From Magnetococcales bacterium (lineage in GTDB: Bacteria > Pseudomonadota > Magnetococcia > Magnetococcales > JADFYX01): a stretch of DNA of 32,000 nt. The notes under the pieces are model-generated. The model was not told the origin of the DNA. It made no database searches and saw only the letters and a list, made by a program, of their open reading frames with translations. The stretch's first letter is position 1. Each line of letters starts with the position of its first letter. Position numbers and translations under genes: made by a program. The DNA is taken from positions 5,944 through 37,943 of the forward strand of contig PEAM01000033.1 in the NCBI GenBank assembly GCA_002753565.1, in the 5' to 3' direction. This document shows, one piece after another, positions 12,057-24,839 of the stretch.

Positions 12057-12428
12057 CTACTTGGGCCGTTTCGCTCCATACTTGGACCGGCCCTGCTTCC
12101 GATCTTTGACACCTTGGGTGTCGAGACTACCGCGAACAATGTGGTAACGCACACCTGGCAGATCCTTTACACGTCCACCACGCACCAGAACAACCGAGTG
12201 CTCCTGGAGATTATGGCTTTCACCAGGAATATAGACCGTAACCTCATGCCCATTGGTTAATCGAACACGGGCAACTTTACGAAGTGCGGAGTTAGGCTTC
12301 TTTGGGGTTGTTGTATAAACACGAGTACAGACTCCACGCCGTTGTGGACAGGCTTGCATGGCAGGTACATTGGTTTTCTTGACCTGTGATTTGCGTCCTT
12401 GACGTATTAACTGGTTTACGGTTGGCAT
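12057..12428 (-). CDS. rpsL: 30S ribosomal protein S12
   Basis: 123-aa ORF starting [12 protein letters not shown], with [10 protein letters not shown]. Confidence 0.97.
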   Translation of the reverse strand: MPTVNQLIRQGRKSQVKKTNVPAMQACPQRRGVCTRVYTTTPKKPNSALRKVARVRLTNGHEVTVYIPGESHNLQEHSVVLVRGGRVKDLPGVRYHIVRGSLDTQGVKDRKQGRSKYGAKRPK

Positions 12429-12500
12429 TTTAAAACAACTCCAAAAAGCATCTTGACTTGATCACATTAACCCCCCTGATCATTTCCAGAGGAGCCACTC

Positions 12501-12528
12501 ATAATAACCGGGAATTTTAGGATGTCAA
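12501..12528 (-). promoter_or_regulatory. candidate sigma70-type promoter of the rpsL-rpsG-fusA-tuf operon
   Basis: On the minus strand: TTGACA (12528-12523), a 16-nt spacer, then TATTAT (12506-12501). It sits about 70 nt upstream of the rpsL ATG in the 209-nt rpoC-rpsL gap. Confidence 0.5.
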
Positions 12529-12637
12529 TTTATTTCCTACTAATTGCCGATTATTTTTTCAGCCCTTTTCAACAGGCCTTTTTATCACGCTTGCTTCTGT
12601 ATGATTAACACAAGCAAGAAAGATGTAAATATCTGAT

Positions 12638-15600
12638 TCAACGAGACTTTTTAAATAACTCTTCTCGTGCTTTTCCCGTACCGGCTGGCACAAGCCGACC
12701 CACAATAACATTCTCTTTCAAGCCTGTTAACAAATCCATTCTACCCGCAATGGTCGCTTCGGTAAGCACCCGAGTAGTCTCCTGGAACGAGGCTGCCGAA
12801 ATAAAGGACGGGGTCGAGAGAGAAGCTTTGGTGATGCCCAAAAGCAGAGGGTAGGCCGAGGCCTCCTCTTTATTTCTTGCCCGTACATTCTCGTTCTCTT
12901 TTTCAAACACATCCCTTTCAATGGCCTCTCCGTTCAGGAAGATGGTATCCCCTGTCGTTCGGATGGTCACCTTCTGAAGCATCTGTCGGACAATCACCTC
13001 AATGTGCTTATCGTTGATTCGCACACCCTGAAGTCGATAGACCTCCTGGATCTCGTTGACCATGAAACGGCAAAGAGCTTCCAACCCCATCACCTTGAGA
13101 ATATCCTGTGGAACCAAGGCCCCTTCCATCAACGGTTCACCCAGACGCACATAATCCCCATCGTTCACCGTCAGCTGCTTACCCTTGGGCAGTAGATACT
13201 CTTTGGGATCACCATCTTCTGGCGTAATGATCAAACGCCGCTTACCCTTGAGGTCCTTACCAAAGCTGACCACACCGACATTTTCGGCAATGATGGTAAA
13301 CTCTTTGGGTTTCCGAGCTTCAAACAGCTCCACAACCCGAGGCAAACCACCTGTAATATCACGGGTTTTCGATGATTGTCTTGGCATTTTGGCAATGATG
13401 TCACCCGCCTTGACCTTATCGCCATCCCGACCCACAATCACCGCACCAACCGGCAGGTAATAGCGCGCAAAGGCACCCGTGGGTGTCATCAAGGATTCAC
13501 CCGTCTCTGAATCCTTGAGGGTAATCCGGGGTCGCATATCGGTCTTGCGACCCTGGCTCTTCCACTCCATGATCTCTCTGGAGATCAGGCCGGTGGTCTC
13601 ATCCGTCGACTCTCTGAGACTTACGCCCTCTTGGATGTCACCATAGGCAATGGTACCGTCAAACTCGGTAATAATCGGTGTGGCGAACGGGTCCCATTCG
13701 GCAACCACCTGCTTCTCTGAACAGTGGCCCCCTTCCGGTATGGAAATTCTTGCCCCGTAGGGAACACGATACCTCTCCCGCTCACGACCGGCCTCCATCT
13801 CATCGCCCTTACCGCTCGGCCTTGGTTCGTGCAGCGTGATTTCACCGTTTCTGGAGAGAACAACCTTCAAATTATTACGGTCGGTCACCGTACTCATGTT
13901 GTGATAGCAAACAATCCCGCCATTGACTGTCTCGATGGAGGACTGTTCTGCAACCCGAGAAGCCGTACCACCAATATGGAACGTACGCATGGTCAACTGG
14001 GTGCCCGGCTCACCAATACTCTGTGCCGCAATCACACCGACCGCTTCTCCTTTGGTCACAGCCTGACCTCTGGCCAGGTCACGTCCATAACAGGTGACAC
14101 AGACCCCACGAACCGTTTCACAGGTCAAAGGAGAGCGAATATAGACCGACTCAACACTGGAGTGTTCCAGACGTTCCACATCATCCTCATTGATGATCTG
14201 CCGCGCCCCAACCAACAACTCGTCCGTTACCGGGTCAACGATATCGTTGACGGGACAACGACCCAGAATCCGGTCACCCAACGTCTCGACAACATCGTTT
14301 CCTTCCACCAACGGTTTAGCCGTCAACCCTTTGGTGGTTCCGCAATCCTGCTCCCGAACAATACAGTCCTGAGCAACATCCACCAGTCGCCTGGTCAGAT
14401 ATCCCGAATTGGCGGTCTTAAGGGCGGTATCCGCCAGACCCTTACGAGCACCATGAGTAGAGATAAAGTACTGCAGTACCGTCAACCCCTCTTTAAAGTT
14501 GGCGGTAATGGGGGCTTCGATGATCTCACCTGAGGGTTTTGCCATCAAACCACGCATACCAGCCAACTGGCGCATCTGGGCAGCCGATCCACGAGCGCCC
14601 GAGTCCGCCATGATAAAGATGGAGTTGAAGGAGGGCTGCTCTTCTGTCTTACCTTCTCGGTTGACAACCTCTTCGGTCTTAATCCCCTTCATCATCTCAT
14701 CGGCCACCCGCTCCGTGCACTGGGACCAGATGTCGATTACTTTGTTGTATTTCTCACCCTCGGTAATCAGACCGTCGGCATATTGAGTCTCAATCTCCTT
14801 AACCGTCGACTGAGACTGGGCAAGCAGCCGCTTTTTTGACTTGGGAATAACCAGATCGTCTTTGCCAAAGGAGATACCGGCCCTGGCCGCCACCTGGAAT
14901 CCCATGGTCATCAGCTTATCAGCAAAAATACAGGTAACCTTGGTACCGCAAGAGCGATAGACATGGTCGATTAGTTTCGCCACCTCTTTTTTGGTCTGCA
15001 GGCAATTGATCTTTGCGAAGGCCAACTCTTCCGGCAAAATCTCTGAGAGAAGAATTCTACCCACGGTAGTCTGCTCACGAACCCCTCTAAAACGGCAGGA
15101 AATTCGGGCATGAAGACCGACCACTTTGGCATCGTAGGCTTGGCGCACTTCGGTGGGTGAAGAGAAAGCCATCCCCTCCCCCTTCACATTGACACGCTCC
15201 GAAGTCAAATAATAGAGACCAAGAATAATATCCTGGGTAGGTACAATAACCGGCTTACCATTGGCCGGAGAGAGAATGTTATTGGTCGACATCATCAGAA
15301 CACGGGCTTCAATCTGTGCCTCGATGGAGAGAGGTACATGTACCGCCATCTGGTCGCCGTCAAAATCAGCATTAAAAGCTGTGCAGACCAACGGATGGAG
15401 CTGAATCGCCTTACCTTCGATGAGTTTCGGCTCAAAAGCCTGAATGCCCAGACGATGCAGAGTAGGTGCCCGGTTGAGTAAAACTGGATGTTCCCGGATA
15501 ACCTCTTCGAGAATATCCCAAACCTCTGGCTTCTCTTTCTCCACCATCCGTTTGGCAGCCTTGATGGTAGTCGAGAGACCTTTCTCTTCTAATCGATTGT

Positions 15601-16759
15601 AGATAAAGGGTTTAAACAGTTCAAGAGCCATCTTTTTGGGCAGACCACACTCATGGAGCTTCAGGTTGGGTCCCACCACAATAACCGAACGGCCCGAATA
15701 ATCCACACGTTTGCCCAACAGGTTGAGACGGAAACGCCCCTGCTTACCCTTGAGCATCTCAGAGAGTGATTTCAGCGGTCTTTTGTTGGTTCCGGTAATA
15801 ACCCGACCACGGCGACCATTATCAAAAAGGGCGTCAACGGACTCCTGCAACATCCGTTTCTCGTTACGAATAATAATATCCGGTGCCCGTAGTTCGTGGA
15901 GACGCTTCAGACGATTATTACGATTGATGACCCGGCGATAGAGATCGTTGAGGTCAGAGGTAGCAAAACGGCCTCCATCCAGAGGTACCAGAGGACGCAA
16001 CTCGGGTGGAATAATGGGTACCACCTCCAAGATCATCCACTCCGGCTTGTTTCCAGACTCCTGGAAGGCCTCTAGAGTGTGCAACCGCTTGACGATTTTC
16101 TTGCGTCGTGCCTCCGAGTTGGTCTCTCCCAACTCTTCACGCAGGGTATCTACCTCACCGGGAATATCCAGCCCCATCAGCATCTCACGGATAGCCTCCG
16201 CACCGATACCGGTTCGGAACTCGTCGCCATATTCTTCTTCCAGTTGCATCAGACGGTCTTCTGTCAGCAACTCACCCCGCTTCAGAGGGGTCATACCCGC
16301 TTCGAGTACCACAAAATTTTCAAAATAGAGCACCCGCTCCAGATCTTTCAGGGTCATGTCCAACAGCAGACCGATGCGACTGGGCAATGACTTCAAAAAC
16401 CAGATGTGGGCCACCGGAGAGGCCAGTTCGATGTGCGCAATCCGCTCTCGTCGAACTTTAGATTGAATGACCTCAACACCACACTTTTCACAAACGACCC
16501 CACGATGTTTCAGCCGCTTGTACTTTCCACACAGACACTCATAATCTTTGATAGGACCAAAAATTTTCGCACAAAACAGTCCATCCCGTTCCGGCTTGAA
16601 GGTACGATAGTTGATGGTCTCCGGCTTTTTCACCTCACCAAAGGACCAGGAACGAATTTTCTCGGGGCTGGCGATGGAAATTCGAATACCATCGAAGTTC
16701 TGTCCCAGGGAAGGCCGAGAGAAAATTTTAAAAAGATTCATTTGAGAGTTCTTATCCAT
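12638..16759 (-). CDS. rpoC: DNA-directed RNA polymerase subunit beta'
   Basis: 1373-aa ORF with the Zn-finger [23 protein letters not shown] and the catalytic [12 protein letters not shown] motif. Confidence 0.98.
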   Translation of the reverse strand: MDKNSQMNLFKIFSRPSLGQNFDGIRISIASPEKIRSWSFGEVKKPETINYRTFKPERDGLFCAKIFGPIKDYECLCGKYKRLKHRGVVCEKCGVEVIQSKVRRERIAHIELASPVAHIWFLKSLPSRIGLLLDMTLKDLERVLYFENFVVLEAGMTPLKRGELLTEDRLMQLEEEYGDEFRTGIGAEAIREMLMGLDIPGEVDTLREELGETNSEARRKKIVKRLHTLEAFQESGNKPEWMILEVVPIIPPELRPLVPLDGGRFATSDLNDLYRRVINRNNRLKRLHELRAPDIIIRNEKRMLQESVDALFDNGRRGRVITGTNKRPLKSLSEMLKGKQGRFRLNLLGKRVDYSGRSVIVVGPNLKLHECGLPKKMALELFKPFIYNRLEEKGLSTTIKAAKRMVEKEKPEVWDILEEVIREHPVLLNRAPTLHRLGIQAFEPKLIEGKAIQLHPLVCTAFNADFDGDQMAVHVPLSIEAQIEARVLMMSTNNILSPANGKPVIVPTQDIILGLYYLTSERVNVKGEGMAFSSPTEVRQAYDAKVVGLHARISCRFRGVREQTTVGRILLSEILPEELAFAKINCLQTKKEVAKLIDHVYRSCGTKVTCIFADKLMTMGFQVAARAGISFGKDDLVIPKSKKRLLAQSQSTVKEIETQYADGLITEGEKYNKVIDIWSQCTERVADEMMKGIKTEEVVNREGKTEEQPSFNSIFIMADSGARGSAAQMRQLAGMRGLMAKPSGEIIEAPITANFKEGLTVLQYFISTHGARKGLADTALKTANSGYLTRRLVDVAQDCIVREQDCGTTKGLTAKPLVEGNDVVETLGDRILGRCPVNDIVDPVTDELLVGARQIINEDDVERLEHSSVESVYIRSPLTCETVRGVCVTCYGRDLARGQAVTKGEAVGVIAAQSIGEPGTQLTMRTFHIGGTASRVAEQSSIETVNGGIVCYHNMSTVTDRNNLKVVLSRNGEITLHEPRPSGKGDEMEAGRERERYRVPYGARISIPEGGHCSEKQVVAEWDPFATPIITEFDGTIAYGDIQEGVSLRESTDETTGLISREIMEWKSQGRKTDMRPRITLKDSETGESLMTPTGAFARYYLPVGAVIVGRDGDKVKAGDIIAKMPRQSSKTRDITGGLPRVVELFEARKPKEFTIIAENVGVVSFGKDLKGKRRLIITPEDGDPKEYLLPKGKQLTVNDGDYVRLGEPLMEGALVPQDILKVMGLEALCRFMVNEIQEVYRLQGVRINDKHIEVIVRQMLQKVTIRTTGDTIFLNGEAIERDVFEKENENVRARNKEEASAYPLLLGITKASLSTPSFISAASFQETTRVLTEATIAGRMDLLTGLKENVIVGRLVPAGTGKAREELFKKSR

Positions 16760-16832
16760 ACCACTACTCCCCTACAACTCGGGTAGACGACTGAAAAAAT
16801 TCATGATCAAACCACTACTACCCAATGTACGA

Positions 16833-19800
16833 TCACTCGGAACGCTTCAATTCAACATCCAATGCCAAAGATTGCAGCTCTTTGATCAAAACATTGAACG
16901 ACTCTGGAATGCCTGCTTCAAAGGTGTCATCCCCTTTGACAATAGACTCATAGATCTTGGTTCGGCCTGCCACATCATCGGACTTGACCGTCAGCATCTC
17001 TTGCAAGGTATAAGCTGCGCCATACGCCTCAAGCGCCCACACCTCCATCTCACCGAAACGCTGTCCACCAAACTGGGCTTTACCACCCAAAGGTTGCTGG
17101 GTAACCAAGGAGTAAGGACCAATGGAACGAGCATGGATCTTATCGTCAACCAAATGGTGCAATTTGAGAATATAGATATAACCAACCGTCACCGGACGAT
17201 CAAAATACTCTCCAGTCTGTCCATCAATCAGATGAACCTGCCCAGAACCGGGTCGATCGGCTTTCTCCAACCAGTCAACAATATCCTTTTCCGTGGCACC
17301 ATCAAAAACCGGTGTCGCTGTCGGCACACCCTCTCTGAGGTTACCAGCCAGATCAGAAATCTCCTGGTCATCCAGCGCCTTGACCGAACGGGACTGGCTG
17401 GGGTTGGTGTAGATTTGTCCCAGTTGATCCCGAAGGGGCTGAATCTCACCGGTTTTTTTGTAGTGGTCCAACATGGTACCCACTTTAAAACCAAGCCCTT
17501 TGGCTCCCCATCCCAGATGGGTCTCCAAAATCTGTCCCACATTCATACGAGAAGGCACACCAAGAGGGTTAAGAACAATGTCAACGACTGTTCCATCCTC
17601 CAGATGGGGCATATCTTCAACCGGGTTGATCTTGGATATCACACCTTTGTTTCCATGACGGCCCGCCATCTTATCACCAGGCTGAAGCTTACGCTTAACG
17701 GCAATATAGACCTTGACCATCTTCAGGCCACCTGGAGAGAGATCATCACCTCGCTCCAGTTTTTCGACCTTACTCTCAAACCGTTTTTTCAAACGAACGC
17801 CGGCTTTTTCAATCTGCTCACGGATACCCTCAATCTGCTGGGTGATGGCATCATCATCTAAAACAAGCGTATTCCACTTCCGTGATCCCATCTCTTTCAG
17901 CATCACCTCGGTCAACACAGCGCCATCTTTGAGGTTAGCACCTCCACGAACGGTTTTGCCCACCAACATGTTCTTGATCCGCTCATCCGCATCAATTTCA
18001 ATGATACGCCGCTCAGCGATCATATCCTGGCGCAACGCTTCAATCTCATCCTGGTCAATCTGCTTGGCACGGTCGTCCTTCTCCAGACCACGACGGGAGA
18101 AGACTCGAACATCCACCACCGTACCGGCTACGCCGGGCGGCAAACGAAGGGAGGTATCCCGCACGTCAGACGCTTTCTCACCAAAGATGGCCCGAAGCAG
18201 TTTTTCTTCGGGGGTCAACTGGGTCTCCCCTTTAGGTGTTACCTTACCGACCAGGATATCCCCTGCTCTCACCTCGGCCCCCACATAGATGATGCCCGAC
18301 TCGTCCAGGTTGCGCAGGGCATCCTCACCGACGTTAGGCATATCACGGGTTATCTCTTCGGCACCCAGCTTGGTATCCCGCGCCATCACCTCAAACTCTT
18401 CAATATGGATGGAGGTGAAAACATCATCCACCACCAAACGCTCCGAGATGAGAATGGAGTCTTCAAAGTTGTAGCCATTCCACGGCATGAAGGCGACCAA
18501 TACATTGCGACCAAGGGCCAGCTCACCCCACTGGGTGCTGGGACCATCAGCAATAATATCGCCTTTGTTGATATGTTCTCCCCGACGAACCAGAGGGGTC
18601 TGGTTAATACAGGTGTTCTGATTGGAACGAGAGAATTTAATCAGGTTATAGATGTCCACACCCGGTTCCGTTGAACCTGGCTGCTCATCAGCCTTGACCA
18701 GAATGCGTGACGCCTCAACCTCTTCCACAACGCCACTACGGCGGGCAACAATGGTCACACCCGAATCCCGGGCCACACCCGCTTCCATTCCTGTCCCCAC
18801 CAACGGTGCATCCGTTTTAATCAGGGGTACCGCCTGACGCTGCATGTTGGACCCCATCAAGGCCCGGTTGGCGTCATCATTTTCTAGAAAGGGAATCAGA
18901 GCCGCCGCTACCGAAACAATCTGTTTGGGCGAGACGTCCATGTACTCAATTCTATCCGGTGGCGAGACCGTAAATTCCAGTTTATGCCGACACTGAATAA
19001 TGTCACCAGTAATATTCCCCTGACGATCCATGGAGGCGTTGGCCTGGGCAATGATAAAATTCTCTTCATCGATGGCAGAGAGATAGTCCACCTCTCCGGT
19101 CACCTTGCCATCCAAGACCTTGCGATAGGGGCTCTCGATAAAGCCAAACTCGTTGATCCTGGCATGGGTCGACAAAGAGTTGATCAGACCAATATTCGGC
19201 CCCTCCGGTGTCTCGATGGGACAGATGCGACCATAATGGGTTGGATGGACATCACGAACCTCAAATCCGGCCCGCTCCCGTGTCATACCACCCGGCCCCA
19301 ACGCTGAAAGACGGCGCTTATGGGTAATTTCAGAGAGAGGGTTGGTCTGATCCATAAACTGAGAAAGCTGGCTGGAACCGAAAAATTCCCGAATAACCGC
19401 TGAAAAAGGCTTGGAGTTCATGATGTCATGAGGCATCAAGGTCTCTGTCTCAGCCGCTGACATCCGCTCGCGAATCGCCCGCTCCATGCGGACCAATCCG
19501 ATACGCACCTGATTCTCCAGAAGCTCTCCAACCGAACGAACCCGTCGATTACCCAGGTGATCGATATCATCAATCTTGCCATGGCCATCTTTGAGCTTGA
19601 GAAGCACCTCGACAACGCTGAGAATATCCTCCTTACGAAGAATACGCACCTCATTATCACACTCCAGATTCAGCCGGGAGTTCATCTTCATCCGCCCAAC
19701 AGCAGAGAGATCGTAGCGATCTTCGTTGAAGAATAGATTATTGAAAAGGCTGGTAGCGGCCTCCACCGTTGGTGGCTCACCGGGACGCATCATGCGATAG

Positions 19801-20918
19801 ATGTCAATCAACGCTTCATCGGTGGTCTGATTTTTATCGATACGGATGGTATCCGGCAGGTAGGAGCCCACATTGACCTTGTCGATGAAAAGCACCGTCA
19901 GGTTACTAATCCCCGCATCCTCAAGCTGGAGAAGCATCTCTTCGGTTATTTCAGAACCGGCCTCGGCCAACAGTTGACCATGCTGATCAATGATGTCACA
20001 GGATACTACCCGACTGTAAAGATCTTCTGACGGAACCTGAATCCACTCCAATTCAAGCGCTTTGAGCTTTTTAATCAGACGGGGTGTAATCTTTCTTTTG
20101 GCTTTAACAATCTCATCACCGGTTTTAGGGTCCACCAACGCATAGTTCAGGCGGGCACCATCCAGTTTATCCGGGTCAAGGCGCTTTTCCCAGATAACAC
20201 CCTCTTTGCGGTACTCTTCCAACGTATAAAAACGGTTGAGCATCTCTTCGGCGGTCATACCCATTGCCCGCAACAGAGTGGTTACCGGCAATTTGCGCCG
20301 TCTGTCGATTCGAGCGTAAAGAAAATCCTTGGGGTCAAACTCAAAATCCAACCAAGAACCACGGTAGGGAATGACCCGAGCAGAAAACAGATATTTTCCA
20401 GAACTATGGGTCTTACCTTTGTCATGATCGAAGAAGACACCCGGAGAACGATGCATCTGAGAGACGATAACCCGCTCGGTTCCATTCACAATAAAGGTTC
20501 CGGTATGGGTCATGAGCGGAATTTCGCCAAGATAGACGTCCTGCTCCTTGATCTCCTGTACCGTCTTGGCGCCGGTCTCCTCGTTCTCCTCCCAGACAAC
20601 CAGGCGAAAGGTTACTTTAAGAGGAGCGGAATAGGTCATGCCTCGCTGGAGACACTCATCCATCTCATATTTGGGTTCACCCAACTCATAGGTGACATAT
20701 TCGAGACTCAACGTTCCCGCATAATCTTGGATAGGAAAGACAGAGCGGAAAACACCATGAAGCCCATGGTTTCCTCGTTGCTCTACTTCAACTGACTCCT
20801 GAAGAAATCGTCTAAACGACTGCTTCTGGACTTCAATCAAGTTGGGAATGTCAATAATGGTTGGAATGCGGCCAAAATTCTTGCGGAGCCGTTTTTTTTC
20901 GGTGAAGGTCAGGGCCAT
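16833..20918 (-). CDS. rpoB: DNA-directed RNA polymerase subunit beta
   Basis: 1361-aa ORF with conserved RpoB blocks ([39 protein letters not shown] and [13 protein letters not shown]). Confidence 0.98.
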   Translation of the reverse strand: MALTFTEKKRLRKNFGRIPTIIDIPNLIEVQKQSFRRFLQESVEVEQRGNHGLHGVFRSVFPIQDYAGTLSLEYVTYELGEPKYEMDECLQRGMTYSAPLKVTFRLVVWEENEETGAKTVQEIKEQDVYLGEIPLMTHTGTFIVNGTERVIVSQMHRSPGVFFDHDKGKTHSSGKYLFSARVIPYRGSWLDFEFDPKDFLYARIDRRRKLPVTTLLRAMGMTAEEMLNRFYTLEEYRKEGVIWEKRLDPDKLDGARLNYALVDPKTGDEIVKAKRKITPRLIKKLKALELEWIQVPSEDLYSRVVSCDIIDQHGQLLAEAGSEITEEMLLQLEDAGISNLTVLFIDKVNVGSYLPDTIRIDKNQTTDEALIDIYRMMRPGEPPTVEAATSLFNNLFFNEDRYDLSAVGRMKMNSRLNLECDNEVRILRKEDILSVVEVLLKLKDGHGKIDDIDHLGNRRVRSVGELLENQVRIGLVRMERAIRERMSAAETETLMPHDIMNSKPFSAVIREFFGSSQLSQFMDQTNPLSEITHKRRLSALGPGGMTRERAGFEVRDVHPTHYGRICPIETPEGPNIGLINSLSTHARINEFGFIESPYRKVLDGKVTGEVDYLSAIDEENFIIAQANASMDRQGNITGDIIQCRHKLEFTVSPPDRIEYMDVSPKQIVSVAAALIPFLENDDANRALMGSNMQRQAVPLIKTDAPLVGTGMEAGVARDSGVTIVARRSGVVEEVEASRILVKADEQPGSTEPGVDIYNLIKFSRSNQNTCINQTPLVRRGEHINKGDIIADGPSTQWGELALGRNVLVAFMPWNGYNFEDSILISERLVVDDVFTSIHIEEFEVMARDTKLGAEEITRDMPNVGEDALRNLDESGIIYVGAEVRAGDILVGKVTPKGETQLTPEEKLLRAIFGEKASDVRDTSLRLPPGVAGTVVDVRVFSRRGLEKDDRAKQIDQDEIEALRQDMIAERRIIEIDADERIKNMLVGKTVRGGANLKDGAVLTEVMLKEMGSRKWNTLVLDDDAITQQIEGIREQIEKAGVRLKKRFESKVEKLERGDDLSPGGLKMVKVYIAVKRKLQPGDKMAGRHGNKGVISKINPVEDMPHLEDGTVVDIVLNPLGVPSRMNVGQILETHLGWGAKGLGFKVGTMLDHYKKTGEIQPLRDQLGQIYTNPSQSRSVKALDDQEISDLAGNLREGVPTATPVFDGATEKDIVDWLEKADRPGSGQVHLIDGQTGEYFDRPVTVGYIYILKLHHLVDDKIHARSIGPYSLVTQQPLGGKAQFGGQRFGEMEVWALEAYGAAYTLQEMLTVKSDDVAGRTKIYESIVKGDDTFEAGIPESFNVLIKELQSLALDVELKRSE

Positions 20919-21000
20919 CGGAGCTCCTCGTACGGTGCCTTAAGGAGTTTCTCTCTGCCAGTGATCGAAGAGAGAGACGAAAAATGCTAAAAAACACAAA

Positions 21001-21048
21001 ACTAATTCGGACGACAGGTCAAAACCTGTCGTCCGAAAAGATCCATCT
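21001..21048 (-). terminator. rplL-rpoB intergenic hairpin plus T-rich tract (candidate partial terminator or attenuator)
   Basis: Perfect 14-bp inverted repeat TTCGGACGACAGGT/ACCTGTCGTCCGAA (21017-21030 and 21035-21048) with a 4-nt loop. On the minus strand it is followed by TTAGTTTTGTGTTTTT. Confidence 0.6.
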
Positions 21049-21060
21049 TACAGCAAAAGC

Positions 21061-21441
21061 TTACTTGATTTCTACTTTCGCACCAGCATCTTCAAGTTCT
21101 TTCTTGAACTTGTCAGCATCTTCTTTGCTGACGGCCTGTTTGACTGGCTTTGGTGCGCCCTCAACCAGATCCTTGGCATCCTTCAGGCCCAAACCGGTGA
21201 TACCGCGAACCGCTTTGATCACGTGGATTTTCTTAGCACCCGCATCAGCGAGAATGACGTCGAATTCAGTCTGCTCTTCAGCAGCCTCACCACCACCCGC
21301 ATCACCAGCAGCGACAGCTACGGCAGCCGGAGCCGCAGCAGAAACACCAAACTTCTCTTCCAGTGCACTGACCAGCTCGGAAAGTTCCAGAACAGTCATG
21401 GTCTCAATGGCAGAAATCAACTCGTCTTTAGAAATACCCAT
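21061..21441 (-). CDS. rplL: 50S ribosomal protein L7/L12
   Basis: 126-aa ORF with an Ala-rich hinge and a C-terminal domain ([28 protein letters not shown]). Confidence 0.97.
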   Translation of the reverse strand: MGISKDELISAIETMTVLELSELVSALEEKFGVSAAAPAAVAVAAGDAGGGEAAEEQTEFDVILADAGAKKIHVIKAVRGITGLGLKDAKDLVEGAPKPVKQAVSKEDADKFKKELEDAGAKVEIK

Positions 21442-21537
21442 GGTACAATTTCCTCTTCAGTTTCGAATAGGGTGACGGCGTATCAACGCTCGCTCCATAT
21501 TATTAATAGTCTTATATCGTGTTGGAGAACCAACCCT

Positions 21538-22059
21538 CTACGCGGCTTGCTCTTTTTGCTGGCGCACCTGATCCAACACCCGAACCAAACTACCCGGAAC
21601 AGCAGCCAAGACGCCAACAAAGTTTTGGATGGGACCATTCATGGTTCCCAACAACTTGGCAATCAGTACTTCACGGGTAGGTAGCTTGGCCAAAGCTTGG
21701 ATATCGCTGATACCCAAAACCTTGCCATTCAATACCCCACCTTTGAGTACAAGATTTTTGTGCTGTTTCTCAAAATCACTCAGCGCTTTTGCCGGTGCGG
21801 CCGGATCGTTGGAGAGCGCGATAATGGTCGGCCCGACCAGATACTCGGAGAGCCCTTCAAATTCGGTCCCGGCAGCCGCTCGCTTGGCCAACGTATTTTT
21901 CACAACGCGAATCTCCGCCCCAGCATTGCGAATACCAACCCGCAACGCCGTCATTTCATCGACGGTCAACCCACGATATTCTGATACGATAGCCACTGAC
22001 GAACGTCCGTATGCCTCACGAACCTCCTCAATAACTTGTGCTTTACCTTTTTGATCCAA
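21538..22059 (-). CDS. rplJ: 50S ribosomal protein L10 (TTG start)
   Basis: 173-aa ORF. The start codon is TTG at 22059, preceded by GGAAGG. Synteny upstream of rplL agrees. Confidence 0.93.
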   Translation of the reverse strand: MDQKGKAQVIEEVREAYGRSSVAIVSEYRGLTVDEMTALRVGIRNAGAEIRVVKNTLAKRAAAGTEFEGLSEYLVGPTIIALSNDPAAPAKALSDFEKQHKNLVLKGGVLNGKVLGISDIQALAKLPTREVLIAKLLGTMNGPIQNFVGVLAAVPGSLVRVLDQVRQQKEQAA

Positions 22060-22344
22060 TGGTACACCTTCCTTTCGGTTTCGGAATGGATAGCCTAAAA
22101 ACTACCCACTCAGTTTTGCCAGATTAAAGATCTGAGCAATTATGTCCATACCAATCGGTGCCCATTAACAGTAAGAAGGGTCCTTTGGTCTCGGCTGGCT
22201 GATCCCATGGATCGTTTAAGATCTCCTCTCCCCTGTCTGCAAAAAGAAGATCACCGGCTGTCTTGGACGAAACGATAAGGGCGTTCATCTCATTTCCTGA
22301 TGCGGAAAAGAAAAAAGCCCCTTTTATCTGTTCTCAGCGGATAC
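22060..22344 (-). promoter_or_regulatory. 285-nt rplA-rplJ intergenic leader (expected site of the rplJ promoter and L10-leader autoregulatory RNA)
   Basis: Unusually long non-coding gap at the position where the L10(L12)4-binding leader lies in other bacteria. I did not fold or match the motif. Confidence 0.35.
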
Positions 22345-23037
22345 CTAGATAGATTGCGTATCAACCCGGACACTGGGCCCCATGGTTGAACTGATAAAAA
22401 ACTTCTGCATGTAGGTACCCTTGACAGCTGTCGGTCTCAGCTTGACCAGCTGATCATAGACAACCTTGATGTTGTCAACCAGCTGATTTTCTGAGAAAGA
22501 GGCTTTACCAATTCCGGCATGGATGATCCCGGTTTTTTCAACCCGGAAGGCTACCTGCCCTGCTTTGATCTCTTTGACCACTTTTTCGACATCGAAGGTT
22601 ACGGTTCCCAACTTGGGGTTAGGCATCAAGCCCCGAGGTCCCAATACCCGGCCCAAACGACCGACCACACCCATGAGATCCGGGCAGGCTACAACCCGAT
22701 CAAACTCCGCCCATCCGCCCTGAATCTTCTCCACAAGCTCCTCAGCACCCACATGGTCGGCGCCAGCAGCTTCTGCCTCTGCGGCTTTATCTCCCCTGGC
22801 AAAAACCAAAACCCGGACGGTCTTGCCTGTACCATGAGGAAGCGCGACAGTTCCTCGAATCATCTGGTCGGCATGACGAGGATCGACGCCAAGATTGACC
22901 GCCACATCCACGGTCTCGTCAAACTTGGTATTAGCACAAGCTTTAACTTTCTTGACGGCTTCTAGCAGGCTGGTAGCCTCTTCAGTCGTGCCGACACTCT
23001 CTTTATTTTTAATATACCGCTTACCATGCTTTGCCAT
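22345..23037 (-). CDS. rplA: 50S ribosomal protein L1
   Basis: 230-aa ORF starting MAKHGKRY, with [13 protein letters not shown]. Confidence 0.97.
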   Translation of the reverse strand: MAKHGKRYIKNKESVGTTEEATSLLEAVKKVKACANTKFDETVDVAVNLGVDPRHADQMIRGTVALPHGTGKTVRVLVFARGDKAAEAEAAGADHVGAEELVEKIQGGWAEFDRVVACPDLMGVVGRLGRVLGPRGLMPNPKLGTVTFDVEKVVKEIKAGQVAFRVEKTGIIHAGIGKASFSENQLVDNIKVVYDQLVKLRPTAVKGTYMQKFFISSTMGPSVRVDTQSI

Positions 23038-23048
23038 CTGATTTTCCT

Positions 23049-23480
23049 CTACTCTACGACTTCCAGACCCATAGACCGGGCCGAGCCTGCGATAATTCGC
23101 TTTGCACCTTCCAAATCTTTCGCATTGAGATCCACCATTTTGGCGTTGGCAATCTCCTCCAGCTGCGCCCCGGTAACCTTACCGATCGGTCCACCCTTGC
23201 CTGGCGTTGAAGAACCCTTGGAAAGATTAAGAGCTTTTTTAAGAAAATAGGAGGCCGGCGCCGTCTTCATCTCGAAAGTGAAGGTGCGATCCTGATAGAC
23301 GGTGATAACAACAGGCGTCGGCGCACCTGGGTCCATCTTCTGGGTCTGGGCATTAAAGGCCTTACAGAACTCCATGATATTCAATCCGTGTTGACCCAAG
23401 GCCGGGCCAACTGGTGGACTTGGTTTGGCGCCGCCCGCAGGAACTTCCAGCTTGATGTAGGCTGTAATCTTCTTAGCCAT
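23049..23480 (-). CDS. rplK: 50S ribosomal protein L11
   Basis: The ORF is open to 23492. The ATG at 23480 gives the canonical start [32 protein letters not shown]. Confidence 0.96.
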   Translation of the reverse strand: MAKKITAYIKLEVPAGGAKPSPPVGPALGQHGLNIMEFCKAFNAQTQKMDPGAPTPVVITVYQDRTFTFEMKTAPASYFLKKALNLSKGSSTPGKGGPIGKVTGAQLEEIANAKMVDLNAKDLEGAKRIIAGSARSMGLEVVE

Positions 23481-23511
23481 TTTTGACCTCAATTCTCAAC
23501 TTGAAATTAGC

Positions 23512-24042
23512 TTATTGTTTTTCCACTTGGACGAAATCCAGTTCAACTGGCGTCGACCGACCAAAAATACTCACAGAGACTTTCAATCGTGTCTTATCTT
23601 CGTCAACCACTTCAACCAATCCGTTAAAGGAGGCAAATGGACCATCGACAACCCGAACATTCTCACCAACAGAGAAGGTAACTTTGGGCTTGGGCTTCTC
23701 CATTCCAATCTCTACTTGACGGAGAATGTTCTTCACTTCTCGCTCTGAAAGAGGATGAGGTCTACCCCCTCCTCCTAAAAATCCAGTCACTTTCGGGAGA
23801 TCACAAACCATATGCCATGTCGCATCAGTCAACTCCATCTTGACCAGTACATAGCCCGGGAAAAATTTTCGCTCGGAGGTAACCTTTTTCCCCTGACGCA
23901 ACTCCACCACATCTTCGGAGGGTATCAGAATCTCTTCAAACATGTCCCCACTTCCGGTTATGCGCACACGCTCTTCCAAGGTGGTTTTCACTCTCTTCTC
24001 AAAACCGGAATGAGCGTGTATGACGTACCATTGTTTGGCCAT
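23512..24042 (-). CDS. nusG: transcription termination/antitermination factor NusG
   Basis: 176-aa ORF starting MAKQWYVIHAHSGFEKRV, with a C-terminal KOW motif (VGENVRVVDGPFASFNG). Confidence 0.96.
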   Translation of the reverse strand: MAKQWYVIHAHSGFEKRVKTTLEERVRITGSGDMFEEILIPSEDVVELRQGKKVTSERKFFPGYVLVKMELTDATWHMVCDLPKVTGFLGGGGRPHPLSEREVKNILRQVEIGMEKPKPKVTFSVGENVRVVDGPFASFNGLVEVVDEDKTRLKVSVSIFGRSTPVELDFVQVEKQ

Positions 24043-24172
24043 GAAAACTCTCTTTGATAACTATGGGCGGAAATCCCCTCCCGACGGATAGAGCAACTTC
24101 GCCCCGCCAACCCTATCATTATTCGGCCCGTAACCAATCGAACCCAACAGAGGAGATATTAATAATGTTGTC

Positions 24173-24367
24173 CTAGCCGATTACAGACTGGACGATCATG
24201 GATAGAATGGCATCAACCATCCACAAAAATAGCGAGACCAGGATAACCATACCAAAGACGACAATCGTCGTCTGTGTGGTGTCCTTACGGCTGGGCCAGA
24301 CAACCTTCTTGGCCTCAACCTGAACATCGTGTAAATATCCCTTGAACTGGGTAATACGCCCAATCAC
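24173..24367 (-). CDS. secE: preprotein translocase subunit SecE (start uncertain; the ORF is open up to 24490)
   Basis: C-terminal 60 aa are SecE-like (EAKKVVWPSRKDTTQTTIVVFGMVILVSLFLWMVD). GTG at 24367 has GGAG 8 nt upstream. The 41 codons further upstream look non-SecE. Confidence 0.85.
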   Translation of the reverse strand: MIGRITQFKGYLHDVQVEAKKVVWPSRKDTTQTTIVVFGMVILVSLFLWMVDAILSMIVQSVIG

Positions 24368-24505
24368 AATATGAACTCCACTTCCTGGTGCGTTGCACCG
24401 TGACCTGCTGTAAGTATCTTCCACTCTGCTCAAGCCCTGCCAGCCTTTTTTAGTCGGCATAACAGCACTATCAAACAAGGGCCATCCCATTTTAGCTGAT
24501 TTAAT

Positions 24506-24581
24506 TGGCAGGACAGGAGGGACTCGAACCCACAGCCGTCGGTTTTGGAGACCGGTGCTCTACCAATTGAGCTACTGTCCT
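24506..24581 (-). tRNA. trnW: tRNA-Trp (anticodon CCA)
   Basis: Manual cloverleaf: acceptor AGGACAG/CTGTCCT, anticodon loop CTCCAAA, T-loop TTCGAGT, encoded CCA. There are two stem mismatches (27-43 and 50-64). Confidence 0.85.
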
Positions 24582-24613
24582 AAATGGGATACTCCCAAGC
24601 AAGAGGAGGGAGT

Positions 24614-24769
24614 CTACTTGATTTTCCCCTCCTTGTGAAGGGTGTGCTTACGACAAGAGGAACAATATTTTTTTAACGCCATCTTTTCAGGCTTTGCCCG
24701 CTTGTTCTTATCAGTCGTATAATTACGGCGTTTACACGCCTCACAACAGAGGCTGATCAAATCTCGCAT
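24614..24769 (-). CDS. rpmG: 50S ribosomal protein L33 (Zn-ribbon form); below the ORF-track length cutoff
   Basis: My translation is MRDLISLCCEACKRRNYTTDKNKRAKPEKMALKKYCSSCRKHTLHKEGKIK (51 aa). It has CxxC...CxxC and the L33 motifs. It lies between tuf and tRNA-Trp. Confidence 0.9.
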   Translation of the reverse strand: MRDLISLCCEACKRRNYTTDKNKRAKPEKMALKKYCSSCRKHTLHKEGKIK

Positions 24770-24839
24770 GAATGAACTCCACTACTACCGCAAAATAGTA
24801 AGGCAGACAGAACATCGCCTGTCTGCCCCACATGAACAA

